From Nitrosopumilaceae archaeon (GTDB taxonomy: Archaea > Thermoproteota > Nitrososphaeria > Nitrososphaerales > Nitrosopumilaceae): a stretch of DNA of 30,549 nt. The notes under the pieces are model-generated. The model had not been told where the DNA came from and ran no database searches. It was given only the letters and a program-made list of their open reading frames with translations. The stretch is taken from contig JBQTHX010000094.1 in NCBI GenBank assembly GCA_052389415.1, forward strand, positions 1 through 30,549, written 5' to 3'. This document shows, piece by piece, positions 19,567-29,073 of this stretch. Every line of letters begins with the position of its first letter. Position 1 is the stretch's first letter. Both the position numbers and the translations under genes were made by a program.

Positions 19567-20101
19567 TCAAAAATCTCTCTTGACAAATTCAAAAATTATT
19601 ATTCCATCATTGATTGATTCACGATCGATGTGAATTCTCATTGATTCCAAGATTGATCTTACAAACATTGAAAGAAACTTTTCCCACTTTGTGCCAAGCT
19701 TTGTTTCAAAAACAAGATGATAATGATTGTGTTGCACCTGTTTTTTAAACTGGAACAATCCACAATATTTTGATATCATCATAAAATAATTTTCAATTAC
19801 AGAGTCAATATCATATTCCCATCTTGAAATTTGAAATAATCTTGTGACTATACTAGGACCCATTGAGGCTACCTTATCAATTTGGGAAACGGTCATTGTT
19901 TTAATGATCTCTTCAAACAAGACTTGGGACAGAATAACATAAGGTAGAGGTTTGAGATGTATGTCAAAAAGTACATTTTCGTTTAGGATTTTTACCATTA
20001 GTGAGCTTAGCGGGAGGTCTTTTTCGACTGCCTTTTTTTTTCAGTACCCCCAGGGTAGCATTTGGTAATCTTATCGATACCTTATTGGTAGATGATGCCA
20101 T
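19567..20101 (-). pseudogene. Ribbon-helix-helix domain regulator frameshifted at an A9 homopolymer (20033-20041)
   Basis: ATG 20101 gives MASSTNKVSIRLPNATLGVLKKK. Removing one A continues as AVEKDLPLSSLMVKILNE into the 19567-19998 ORF, giving a complete RHH pattern plus a C-terminal domain. Confidence 0.75.
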
Positions 20102-20278
20102 ACGTGTATTCTCAATCTCATACAAAGCCGTGTGCTAGAGCTTTTATCCATAATTATAAAACTCTGCGTATCTTTTCTTAGTAGACTAGTGGTAAGCGAT
20201 CAACTTTTTTGAAGTTTATTTGGCAAAAATTGTTTTTCTTACAATCTGTGATAGTTTAGAATCAGATGCGATTCTGCA

Positions 20279-21552
20279 TCACCGTGGGCTTAATTTTGTA
20301 CCCACTTTGTGCATGAACAATATTGATCCACTAACGCTTATCATTAGCACAAGAAATGCAAGGGGAAATTCAGGCACTGTAACGGTACGAGTGTTTGTAT
20401 GGTTGCCAAAAGTAGCTATTATCGAATAATCTCCATCTGTTGCAAATTCATTTTTTGTATCAAGTTTGTATAAGAATGTCCCATCCAAATTTGGAATGAT
20501 TGTTCTGCTTGTCAAATTTCTGCCATCAGGATCTATGATATCAAGATTCATTTTTTCCTCGTTGATATTTAGTGATGTGCAACCAAAAATTGCAATCGTG
20601 TCACCTTTTGTATAATTTTTACTGTTTGTTACAAGATAGATTGGAGAAACGTCTGATGCAAAAGGTTCAGGCCCCATCAAATAATTTACCCCTGCAATTG
20701 CTATAACTTTAGTTTTATCTGGGAATGGTATGGACAAATTTCTAAAACACGGTGTTTTAAGCTCGGTGAACTTTGCTTCTCTTTCATCAATGAAAACATA
20801 TAGTTGATCATCTATCAAGTCACCCGTAAAGTTAGATTTTTGGTCAAACAGATTACGTGGAATAGCCACGTCGAGTAAACCATCTCCAAAACTTTCGATA
20901 TTTACAACAGATGATTCACTTAATTGATCAACATTGATTCTTTCAATGGTAGCATTTGAAATTTTGTATGGAATCTTGAAGTTATGAAATTCAAGTTTTC
21001 TTTCTGGAGAGTAAAAGTTGCCCTTGAGATGATAAATTTCTGTAACGTTAGTTTTAGGAAATCCTACATTAAGGTTGTCTAGAACACTTATCTTGAAATA
21101 TTTTGAAACTGCACTATTCTGATTACTTGATGCAACAGCAAGAGTATAATTTCCCTTGTTGACATCCCATGAAGGAGTAAGTTCAAAAAATATTTTTAGA
21201 TGTATTGAATCTGCAAAAGCACCACGCCAACTCTCACTGCCTGTTTTTGTTGCAGTAAATCCATCAGGTAGAATTACTTTCCCTGTTGCGAAAAAGGTTC
21301 CTTCCTCTCCATCAGCCACTATTGCCATCTTAACATTAGAATCTGTATTTGTACCAAATGTGATAGTTACTGGAATTTGTACGGATTCACCTTTTCTAAC
21401 CTCTACTAGATCAGGAACTTGAATGCCAACATCTATTGGAACAATGTTTTCTCCTGCATCCTCAAGTGATGGCCATGAACCGTACGCATTTGCTATTCCT
21501 AAAGCTAATAGTACAATGCATCCAGCTAGTGATACTTTCGTAGCTTAATCAC
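20279..21552 (-). pseudogene. PEF-CTERM-like sorted surface protein with a 1-nt deletion near its start
   Basis: The frame is open up to 21544 and includes a signal peptide (KVSLAGCIVLLALGIANAYG) but no ATG/GTG/TTG. GTG 21552 (MIKLR) joins it if one A is added at 21536-21538. C-terminal TVPEFPLAFLVLM + TM + basic tail. Confidence 0.7.
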
Positions 21553-21627
21553 TATGGTATAACTTTTAGAGATTGCTTACAATTTCTAATGAAATAAGAT
21601 ATAACAAGGAAAACTTGTCTGCCATTT

Positions 21628-23172
21628 GTGAAGAAAAAGGCAAAACAGCTCATGGTTGCAGCATTTTTTGGTGTGATTCTTTTAACTTCAACCATAGCTC
21701 TCTCATTAAATAGCCTCAGTCCTCCCCCTACAAATGAAGAACCAGAGACTCCAGAAGTATCTTTGACTGGAACTCCAGCAGATAACTATCCAGTAAAGGA
21801 CCGCGTGACTTTTTGTGGAACCAATTCTACGAAATCTAACAAATACATTACTGAGTTCAAATTGCCAACTTATTGTGCTCAGCCTCTAGCAATTACTACA
21901 GACTCTTCTGGAATCGTCTGGTTTACCCAATACAATACAGGAAATATTGCAAAGTTTGATCCTTCCTCCAAAATTTTTACCGAGTATCAAAATGATCGGT
22001 GGCCAAAAGGCGATCAATCCATGATGTGGGGAATTGCTTCAACATCAGATGGAAATATCTGGTATACAGATGAAGCACATGATGTCATCTGGAAGTTTGA
22101 TAGGATTAACTTTACCAGTTTCAAATATCCACTTTCCCAAACAGGCCAGACCTTTCCTCAGAAAATAGTAATTGAAGGCAAGAATATTCTAGTAAACGAC
22201 TTTACAGGAAACAAGATTACATCTTTTGATTCTAGCCAATCAGGAAGTGAGATACAGTACTCTATAATAAATACCCCAACAAATAATACATTTACTTCCC
22301 TAGCTAGTAACTCTGAGAAAGATATTTGGTATACAATTTGGAGGTTTCAGACCGGAGGAGCACTAGCACGATATGATCCACTGGTCTCCAATGGGCCTTC
22401 ATTTAATCTTCCATTAGGAGTGGCAGCACCCAATGGGATCTCATCAACCCCGGACAATAAGGTCTGGATTACTGATGCCGGTACTAGTTTCTTTTTTAGT
22501 TTTGATCCACAGTCAGAAAAGTTTACCAAGTTTATCACATCAGGGCCGCCTAAAGCAACATACGGTAATTCTACTGGGCTGATAAAGGGTCCAATATCAA
22601 GGCCATATTGGAATCAAGTTGATGACAAGGGAAGATTGTGGTTTAATGAACAGACTGCAAACAGTATTGCAGTCTTTGATCCTCTAAAAGAGACACTTGT
22701 AGAATATCTTGTTCCTTCAAAGAATCCTTTGTGGTCAGATTGTAGCGGTCTGGTTGACTGTGGAATTGCTCAGGTTCTAGATTTTACTATCAATGGTGAG
22801 AAGATTTGGTTCACAGAGTGGGTACAAAACAATATTGCAGTTCTTGATTCTAGCATTCCTTTACCAATAAGTGTAAGTACTGATACGAATAGCATTACAC
22901 TCAATCGCGGAGAAAATTTCACCGTCCTATTTACTGTCACTCCAAAGGAGCAACTTGGTTACCCAATCACCTTGACTTTTGCAGACACTGCAAATCTAAA
23001 TGACATCACAGTGGCAGGCAATAACCAGATTACTATAGGAAATGAACCTGTAACTGTTCCCGTTACTATCTCTGCAGACAAGTTTGCATTGTCTGGAACT
23101 TACAAGGTTTTGTTGGGTGCAAGAGATCAGGATCTCACAGTTTCACAATATGTGACAGTTACGATAAGTTAA
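21628..23172 (+). CDS. Membrane-anchored Vgb/streptogramin lyase-like beta-propeller protein
   Basis: N-terminal TM, repeated blades (GIVWFTQ, GNIWYTD, KVWITD, GRLWFNE, KIWFTE) and a C-terminal Ig-like domain. Confidence 0.8.
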   Translation: MKKKAKQLMVAAFFGVILLTSTIALSLNSLSPPPTNEEPETPEVSLTGTPADNYPVKDRVTFCGTNSTKSNKYITEFKLPTYCAQPLAITTDSSGIVWFTQYNTGNIAKFDPSSKIFTEYQNDRWPKGDQSMMWGIASTSDGNIWYTDEAHDVIWKFDRINFTSFKYPLSQTGQTFPQKIVIEGKNILVNDFTGNKITSFDSSQSGSEIQYSIINTPTNNTFTSLASNSEKDIWYTIWRFQTGGALARYDPLVSNGPSFNLPLGVAAPNGISSTPDNKVWITDAGTSFFFSFDPQSEKFTKFITSGPPKATYGNSTGLIKGPISRPYWNQVDDKGRLWFNEQTANSIAVFDPLKETLVEYLVPSKNPLWSDCSGLVDCGIAQVLDFTINGEKIWFTEWVQNNIAVLDSSIPLPISVSTDTNSITLNRGENFTVLFTVTPKEQLGYPITLTFADTANLNDITVAGNNQITIGNEPVTVPVTISADKFALSGTYKVLLGARDQDLTVSQYVTVTIS

Positions 23173-23175
23173 GAA

Positions 23176-24375
23176 GTGGTTCCCAAACTAGATTCTGAAA
23201 TAGGAATTTTCGTATATAGCACCAAGTTCAAGGGAACCGGTGGAAGAATAAGATCTTCACCAGAAGATTTTTTTGTTTCTGAAATTTTAGATGAGAAAGT
23301 TCTGTCAAAGATTGACAAGACATCTGGATATCAAGTATACAAACTAAAAAAACATGGAATAGATACCAATCACGCACTTGCTGAAATTTTTAAAATTCAC
23401 GGATTAAGATTAAAGGCATTAGGATTAAAGGATGCAAACGCAATTACAGAACAGTTTGTTTGTTCCATTAGCCAATCAAAGAATTTACTGAATTTTTCTA
23501 CAAATAGATATAGTTTAGAATCACTTGGGTTTGTTACTAAACCTCTAACAAAAAAAGACATGGTTGGAAATCACTTTAACATAAAAATACATGATGTCTC
23601 TTTTGTCGATGTTTCAAAATTTGAGGAATATGAAAAAATCATCAACTTTTTTGGATACCAGCGGTTTGGAAGCAAAAGACCAGTATCTCATCTCATAGGA
23701 AAAGCAATCCTACAAAATGATTTTGAGTGTGCAGTTAGCCTCATTCTTTCCTTTAGTTCAGAATTTGACCTACCTGAGAACACCAAGATTAGGAAAATGT
23801 TAGAGGACAAGACAAACTATTCCAAGTTGTTAAACGAACTTCCACAGCAAATGGATATTGAACGAATTGTATTGTCTGAGATGGTAGAACATGGTGATCC
23901 TCTGAGAGCAATCAGAAGCATACCATTGACTGTACGAAGATTTTTTGTACAGGCTTTCCAGTCCTATATCTTTAATTACGCTATGAGTTTGGCTTTTGAA
24001 TACGGTGAGGAATTATTCATGCCAAAACCTGGAGATGTCTGCTATGACAAAAATAGTATCTTGGGAAGATTTGAAAACGACCCCAATCAAAGACTTGCAA
24101 TGCCTATTGTTGGATATGCATATTCTAAAAAAAATAGATTTGATTACCACATTTCCAAAGTTCTTGAGCAAGAAAATGTTCATGCCAAGGATTTTTTTTC
24201 CAAAACCATGCAAGAAGTAAGTGATGAGGGAGGGTTCAGACAGACTGTTATCAAATGCGATAATTTTTACATATCAGAACCAATAGTTAGTTTTACATTG
24301 TCTAGAGGCTCTTATGCTACTATCTTATTGAGAGAGATGATAAAACCACAAGATCCAATCAAAGCTGGATTCTAA
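23176..24375 (+). CDS. truD: tRNA pseudouridine(13) synthase TruD
   Basis: PEDFFVSE, GLKDANAITEQ, NFFGYQRFG, QAFQSYIFN and FTLSRGSYATILLRE. Confidence 0.95.
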   Translation: MVPKLDSEIGIFVYSTKFKGTGGRIRSSPEDFFVSEILDEKVLSKIDKTSGYQVYKLKKHGIDTNHALAEIFKIHGLRLKALGLKDANAITEQFVCSISQSKNLLNFSTNRYSLESLGFVTKPLTKKDMVGNHFNIKIHDVSFVDVSKFEEYEKIINFFGYQRFGSKRPVSHLIGKAILQNDFECAVSLILSFSSEFDLPENTKIRKMLEDKTNYSKLLNELPQQMDIERIVLSEMVEHGDPLRAIRSIPLTVRRFFVQAFQSYIFNYAMSLAFEYGEELFMPKPGDVCYDKNSILGRFENDPNQRLAMPIVGYAYSKKNRFDYHISKVLEQENVHAKDFFSKTMQEVSDEGGFRQTVIKCDNFYISEPIVSFTLSRGSYATILLREMIKPQDPIKAGF

Positions 24376-24441
24376 AAAGACAAATCTTGAAACTTTGAAA
24401 ATAATGTAATAAGATTTAAGATCGTGTTTTGTAACCAAGTC

Positions 24442-24672
24442 GTGGAAAAAGCATATGTTTTGATAGGATGTGAACTTGGCTGCGAAGACGAGGTTGTAAA
24501 AAAGCTACTTAGTATTGATAAAGTAAAGGATGCACGCATAACATATGGTGATTATGATATCATTGCAGAGGTAGAAACAGAGACAGAAAGACAGATGGAC
24601 AATCTAATAACAAAGAAGATTCGCATGCTTGACAAGATAAGAACCACAACTACTTTGGGCGTTGTGAGTTAG
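24442..24672 (+). CDS. Stand-alone Lrp/AsnC ligand-binding (RAM) domain protein
   Basis: AYVLI, TYGDYDIIAEVE and KIRMLDKIRTTTTL; no HTH; likely start GTG 24442. Confidence 0.85.
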   Translation: MEKAYVLIGCELGCEDEVVKKLLSIDKVKDARITYGDYDIIAEVETETERQMDNLITKKIRMLDKIRTTTTLGVVS

Positions 24673-24877
24673 CTCTTGACACCACAATTCCTTCAACAAG
24701 AATAACAACTCCAATCAATGCAATCCATTGACCGTTTGTAATCCATTCAGGATTTGAATACATAAAGGATGACTCTGGTCCAACCACTGACTGTCCTTGG
24801 AGATAGAACACTACTCCTAAAACAATAACGACTATTCCAACTCCAATTATGGTCTTACCAGGATTCACGTGATTCAT
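24650..24877 (-). CDS. Small two-TM membrane protein
   Basis: Two hydrophobic helices flanking QGQSVVGPESSFMYSNPEW; likely start ATG 24877. Confidence 0.7.
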   Translation of the reverse strand: MNHVNPGKTIIGVGIVVIVLGVVFYLQGQSVVGPESSFMYSNPEWITNGQWIALIGVVILVEGIVVSRANSQRPK

Positions 24878-24946
24878 ACATGAGAGTGAAATAAAAGGTA
24901 AAGAGAATTGATAGTTTAAGCAAATCATTTTTTAGTTGTTTCTTTA

Positions 24947-25663
24947 ATGCCTTTTTCAAAAATCAAACCCAGATTGGACGAATGGGGAACTGATCTTTAT
25001 GAACTTAGGCACAACCGTAGTTGGATAGACCTTTCTATTTTTTCAGGAGCGGCAGCTTTTGCAATAATTCTCTTTCTTGCATTTGGCCCAGAAATTGAAA
25101 AGACCACTAGCGAATCACCCATCATAATAAACATCATGTTTGGTCCTGCCTTTGCTGTTGGCCTTCTCTATGGAATAAAAATGACAGAGGGTGTAATGAG
25201 ACCATCAGAGACAAGGAGCCCGTTTAAGAGAGCCATTGTAAAGATATTTCTATTTTTATTTGTCATGGGAGCAATATTCAGCTCTGTTACTTTTGCCTTG
25301 CACGGAGGAATGGATTCGCCAACAAAGTCTATTCTTGAAGATGGTCTGATTCCATGGGCAGCAGAGTTTGTTCAGGCAAATGGTGGCCTTACTTTTCTCA
25401 TAGTATCAAGCATTACAATAATGGCTGCTGCGACAAAACGCATTGTTGGCCTTGAGGGATTTCTGAGCAAAATTTTCACCTTTGTAGGAACTTTTGTCTT
25501 CTTTTCCATGATTGCTTTGAGTTTATCTAATGCAGATCCATCTCATTCTCAAGTTTACCTATATGCATTCTACCAAGCAGGGATAATAGGCGGCGTATTT
25601 TACCAAATGAACAAGCTTACTTCTCGCGCCAACCTGTGGGAAGATTTTGCAAACGGTTACTAG
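24947..25663 (+). CDS. Hypothetical multi-pass membrane protein
   Basis: 238 aa with about 6 hydrophobic segments. Confidence 0.75.
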   Translation: MPFSKIKPRLDEWGTDLYELRHNRSWIDLSIFSGAAAFAIILFLAFGPEIEKTTSESPIIINIMFGPAFAVGLLYGIKMTEGVMRPSETRSPFKRAIVKIFLFLFVMGAIFSSVTFALHGGMDSPTKSILEDGLIPWAAEFVQANGGLTFLIVSSITIMAAATKRIVGLEGFLSKIFTFVGTFVFFSMIALSLSNADPSHSQVYLYAFYQAGIIGGVFYQMNKLTSRANLWEDFANGY

Positions 25664-26139
25664 AGTTTTAATCTTCTAGACACAAACATAATAGAAAAGG
25701 CCGCGCCTATAACAAGTACAGTCAGACTGGAAAATTCTGGCAAATATGTTGTTCCAATTATTTCCACAGTATTATTCCCAGTGCCGTTGAATTCCAGAAC
25801 AATAAATGATATTTTATCATTTTTTCTGATTTGTGGAAGAATTTCTTCACCGTTTACAAGAACAGTAAGTTCACCATCAATCAAATTTATTGGAATTTGA
25901 ACTTCTGCAAAATTGTTTTCAAGACTGCTAGTGATATCAAAGGTTAGTTTTTTCTCATCTCTATCTAGTGTTATATCATGAATCTCAAAATTTGATATCG
26001 TTTCTACTTCAAAATCATATCCACTTGTCTCGATTGTAAAGTCTTTTTTAAATCCAGTCTTGTCAGCTATGGCTCCAAACGCGGGAGGTGATATGATGAA
26101 AATAAAAAACAGCTGCACAAAGAGTTTAGTTTTTTTCAA
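25660..26139 (-). CDS. PEF(G)-CTERM-like surface protein
   Basis: Signal peptide, domain with EVQIPINLIDG, then EIIGTTYLPEFSSL + TM + RRLKL. Confidence 0.8.
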   Translation of the reverse strand: MKKTKLFVQLFFIFIISPPAFGAIADKTGFKKDFTIETSGYDFEVETISNFEIHDITLDRDEKKLTFDITSSLENNFAEVQIPINLIDGELTVLVNGEEILPQIRKNDKISFIVLEFNGTGNNTVEIIGTTYLPEFSSLTVLVIGAAFSIMFVSRRLKL

Positions 26140-26141
26140 CT

Positions 26142-26600
26142 TTAATTCTTAAGACCGGCAATCTTGCCACGCATCTCTCTGTCTTTGAATATTCTAGGGT
26201 GCGATGGGTCAGCCAAAATTACTTCATACCAAAGATACATTCCGTCTTGATACAGATAGTATGAACCTAGGAGTTTCATGTTTGGATGTCTTTCAAGTAC
26301 TCTGCGCTCTGCAACTTGCTGCATGCTGACATCTGGCTTTATTCTGGTTACACCCAAGTGCTTTGGTCTTCTTCCCGCAACTGGCCTTTTCTTGCGCATA
26401 TTTCCTTTTCCGACTCGCATTCGAATTACTACAATTCCTTCCTTTGCCTTGTATCCTAGTCTTCTAGCCTTTTGAATTCTACTTGGCCTTTCAATTCTTG
26501 TTATGGCATTTTGCTTTCTCCATTGGATAGCTCTTTCTCTTAGTTCTGGAGAGTTTTCTTGCCACATTTTGAGCCAAATTTGGTCTTGATGGCTAATCAT
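26142..26600 (-). CDS. rpl15e: 50S ribosomal protein L15e
   Basis: RIERPSRIQKARRLGYKAKEG, GRRPKHLG and LLGSYYLYQDGMYLWYEVILADPSHP; likely start ATG 26600. Confidence 0.95.
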   Translation of the reverse strand: MISHQDQIWLKMWQENSPELRERAIQWRKQNAITRIERPSRIQKARRLGYKAKEGIVVIRMRVGKGNMRKKRPVAGRRPKHLGVTRIKPDVSMQQVAERRVLERHPNMKLLGSYYLYQDGMYLWYEVILADPSHPRIFKDREMRGKIAGLKN

Positions 26601-26685
26601 ATGCCGCTCTAACAAAATCCCCTTAATATCTGTACCATATTTTTAAGAAATCATCTCTAAAGGAATAAAGGCATGTTATAAAATA

Positions 26686-27333
26686 ATGACAACTCTGGAT
26701 AAATTGTCGATTAAAAATTTTGCAATAATTTTTGCTATCATCATTTGTGCCAGTGGATTTAATTTTGTAGATGCCATATCGCTTTCGATTCAGTCAGACA
26801 AAATAGAATACGAGTATGGCGAGCTTCTTTCATTTATAATTCAAGTATCTGATGTGACTGGAGATCCATTAACTCTGCATATAAGAGATGAATCTGGTAA
26901 AAATAGTTCTCCAATTATTCTTCAAATAACAAATGTCACTACAACAATTACTGCAAGAGAGTCCTTCAATCCCACAGTGTACAAGCAAGGAGAGTATTAT
27001 CTGGATGCAGAATATTCTGGATCAAAGGCTAGCACATCATTCAAAATAATTGATACAGATGCCATGGTAATTCCTTCATGGGTCAAGAATTTAGGTAAAT
27101 GGTGGTCTGAAGGTCTTGTCACTGACAAAGATTTTGCAAGAGGAATAGAGTATCTTATTCAAGAAGAGATAATTGTCATACCAGAATCGTCCACTCTAGA
27201 TTCAGCTGGTGAAAAAAAGATGCCTGCATGGATAAAGACCAATGCAGGATGGTGGGCAAACAATCAGTTGTCTGACATGGAGTTTGCATTATCTTTGCAG
27301 TATCTTATTAGAAATGGAATAATCACAGTATAA
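26686..27333 (+). CDS. Secreted protein with duplicated thaumarchaeal IPxWIK...GWW domain
   Basis: Signal peptide and two repeats: IPSWVKNLGKWWSEG...IEYLI and MPAWIKTNAGWWANN...LQYLI. Confidence 0.8.
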   Translation: MTTLDKLSIKNFAIIFAIIICASGFNFVDAISLSIQSDKIEYEYGELLSFIIQVSDVTGDPLTLHIRDESGKNSSPIILQITNVTTTITARESFNPTVYKQGEYYLDAEYSGSKASTSFKIIDTDAMVIPSWVKNLGKWWSEGLVTDKDFARGIEYLIQEEIIVIPESSTLDSAGEKKMPAWIKTNAGWWANNQLSDMEFALSLQYLIRNGIITV

Positions 27334-27348
27334 TATTACGATCCCAAT

Positions 27349-28074
27349 TTATGGCAGGGATTTCTCTGTTCGGAGACCTTTGAGGGCCACCAGAACAATG
27401 ACTAGTCCGATAAAGACACCAGCAGTCATTGCAAATTGGTACATCTGGTTTTCATTTATTGGTATGGACCAAGTGGGCATCTTTGAAAAATCAAATATGT
27501 TTTGTATATTTTCAGATGGTTTTTCCTCGGTTACTGGTTCAACCTCTTCAGAAGATTCTTCTTCAGGAGATTCTTCTGGTACTTGTTCTGTGGGTTCTGG
27601 TTCTTGGATTTCTTCTGGAGGAATTTCCTCTTTAGGAATTTCTGTTGGTTCTTCTATCACAGGTTCACTCTGGATTGTATTACCCGCTAGTTCAGTTCCA
27701 AATATTTCAAGCTCTGTGGTACCTGGAGACAGTTCCATGAAAAGTGTTCTGGCAGTATCTGTAGTCTCTACTTCAGTAAATGTAACATCTTCACCATCAG
27801 CTATAATAAAAAAATCTGTATCTTGGCCATCTTCCTTAGAATCAAGCAACTCCCTTGGGATTGTCAATTCTATGGTAGCCAATGGAGAAGATACATCAAT
27901 TTCAAAAATAAGTTCAAAATCATCCGGACTAGGAATTACTTCAAATACAGTTACACCTTCTGCGTCATAAGTTATATCGTACAGTTTCCCAAAATCCACC
28001 GAGATTGTTTGTTCTTCTGCAAATGCAAGTATTGGTGAACAACATAGCGCCATTAAAAACAATAACTTTGACAT
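27349..28074 (-). CDS. Surface protein with PEFG-CTERM-associated Ig-like domain, Glu/Pro-rich stalk and C-terminal TM
   Basis: Signal peptide, LTIPRELLDSK...FFIIADGE...ELEIFGT, an EEP-rich linker and a hydrophobic C-terminal helix. Confidence 0.8.
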   Translation of the reverse strand: MSKLLFLMALCCSPILAFAEEQTISVDFGKLYDITYDAEGVTVFEVIPSPDDFELIFEIDVSSPLATIELTIPRELLDSKEDGQDTDFFIIADGEDVTFTEVETTDTARTLFMELSPGTTELEIFGTELAGNTIQSEPVIEEPTEIPKEEIPPEEIQEPEPTEQVPEESPEEESSEEVEPVTEEKPSENIQNIFDFSKMPTWSIPINENQMYQFAMTAGVFIGLVIVLVALKGLRTEKSLP

Positions 28075-28246
28075 AATCAATCTAGATTACGCCTCGTAGA
28101 ATCATTATTATATGCTTACTTTTCGTTAAATTCATTATCCCACAAGTAATAATCATTACCAAATTAATGTAATTTTTGCAGGTTTTTTGATAAATTGCTG
28201 GATAATTTTATTGTGATCGATTAGTCAAAAACATCACTCATCATAA

Positions 28247-28366
28247 TTGAATTTAGAAAAGGATGAAAGATTTAACAAAAATGTAGAGTTTCTTACCTTG
28301 GAACTTGAAAAGGTAAAGCAATGGCGTGAGGTATCAGATAGATATGAAAAAATCAATCGCAATTGA
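28247..28366 (+). pseudogene. Short coiled-coil-like remnant, possibly the C-terminal tail of a decayed integrase
   Basis: LNLEKDERFNKNVEFLTLELEKVKQWREVSDRYEKINRN*. The resemblance to thaumarchaeal recombinase tails is from memory only; no catalytic residues are visible. Confidence 0.25.
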
Positions 28367-28432
28367 TCTAAGGTCTAATACATTAGAAGGTTCATTACCT
28401 AATTTTATATACCAAATAATTGTAATGACATC

Positions 28433-28642
28433 ATGGCAGAAAAAAGAGACTATAACATCATAATAAAAAAAGATGACAAGTTCTATGTTGGATACTGTCT
28501 TGAAATACCTCAAGCTAGAGGACAAGGAAATACCAAGGCACAGGCAATACTAGATACCAAACAGGCTATCAAATTATGCAGATCGTATCTAGAAGGAAAG
28601 AAGAAAAGTTCTGCCTCTAAACTGGTAACTGTCTCAGTTTGA
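28433..28642 (+). CDS. hicB: HicB-family antitoxin (short form, no evident DNA-binding domain)
   Basis: YNIIIKKDDKFYVGYCLEIPQARGQGNTKAQAILDTKQAIKL; overlaps hicA by 4 nt (TTGA). Confidence 0.85.
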   Translation: MAEKRDYNIIIKKDDKFYVGYCLEIPQARGQGNTKAQAILDTKQAIKLCRSYLEGKKKSSASKLVTVSV

Positions 28643-28854
28643 GCCTTCCAATTATAGGATGGAGAGAAGTTCTCAAGGCATTAAGAAAAAAGGGGTTTTA
28701 TCCTACAAGACAATCAGGCAGCCATATTATTCTAGAAAATGGTCAGGGAATATGGACTGCTGTTCCTCGAAAAAACGAATTAGGAAGGGGGCTGTTGCTA
28801 CAAATAATTTCAGACTGTGGTTTGACAAAAAACGAGTTTCTTGAATTATTATAA
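28639..28854 (+). CDS. hicA: HicA-family mRNA interferase toxin
   Basis: REVLKALRKKGF, RQSGSHIIL, VP and LGRGLLLQIISDCGLTKNEFLELL. Confidence 0.92.
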   Translation: MSLPIIGWREVLKALRKKGFYPTRQSGSHIILENGQGIWTAVPRKNELGRGLLLQIISDCGLTKNEFLELL

Positions 28855-28973
28855 AACAAAATCGTATCCGAAATTATCAAATAATATCTTGGTTTCTCAT
28901 CTTGACCAGGAAACTTGCCTTCACTAACATGAACTATAACACCAGGTTCAAAACTAATTTCTGCACTAGCCAC
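28855..28973 (-). pseudogene. N-terminal fragment of a PemK/MazF-like toxin
   Basis: MASAEISFEPGVIVHVSEGKFPGQDEKPRYYLIISD matches the G-x-I-V...K-x-R-x-x-L-I-I-S start of MazF/PemK, then runs into the antisense strand of hicA. Confidence 0.55.
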
Positions 28974-29073
28974 TCTTTTCTTTCTCTGTGAGCTTTATCA
29001 TAACCTTTTTTGAAAGCTCGTATCCATGTTTATCAAGAGCTGGTCTTTTCTTAACTACTTCCTGCATACACAT
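28966..29073 (-). CDS. 35-aa putative antitoxin/partner ORF coupled to the MazF-like fragment (not in ORF track)
   Basis: MCMQEVVKKRPALDKHGYELSKKVMIKLTEKEKSG*. Preceded on the minus strand by TTTTTATAA and GGGGA; overlaps the downstream GTG by 8 nt. Confidence 0.5.
   Translation of the reverse strand: MCMQEVVKKRPALDKHGYELSKKVMIKLTEKEKSG

Noticed and set aside
20102-20278. Possible small RNA or attachment site upstream of the RHH gene
   Set aside because: Only weak 5-6 bp inverted repeats were found, with no tRNA-like sequence or matching direct repeat at the island ends.
21628-23172. Streptogramin resistance gene
   Set aside because: Only the Vgb-like propeller fold is evident. The protein is membrane-anchored with an extra Ig-like domain, unlike cytoplasmic Vgb.
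27380-27970. 196-aa Ser-rich plus-strand ORF, and the many 60-110 aa antisense ORFs within hppA, cdc48, GGR and the cupredoxin gene
   Set aside because: These are shadow ORFs of well-supported genes, with compositions mirroring the real strand and no independent motifs.
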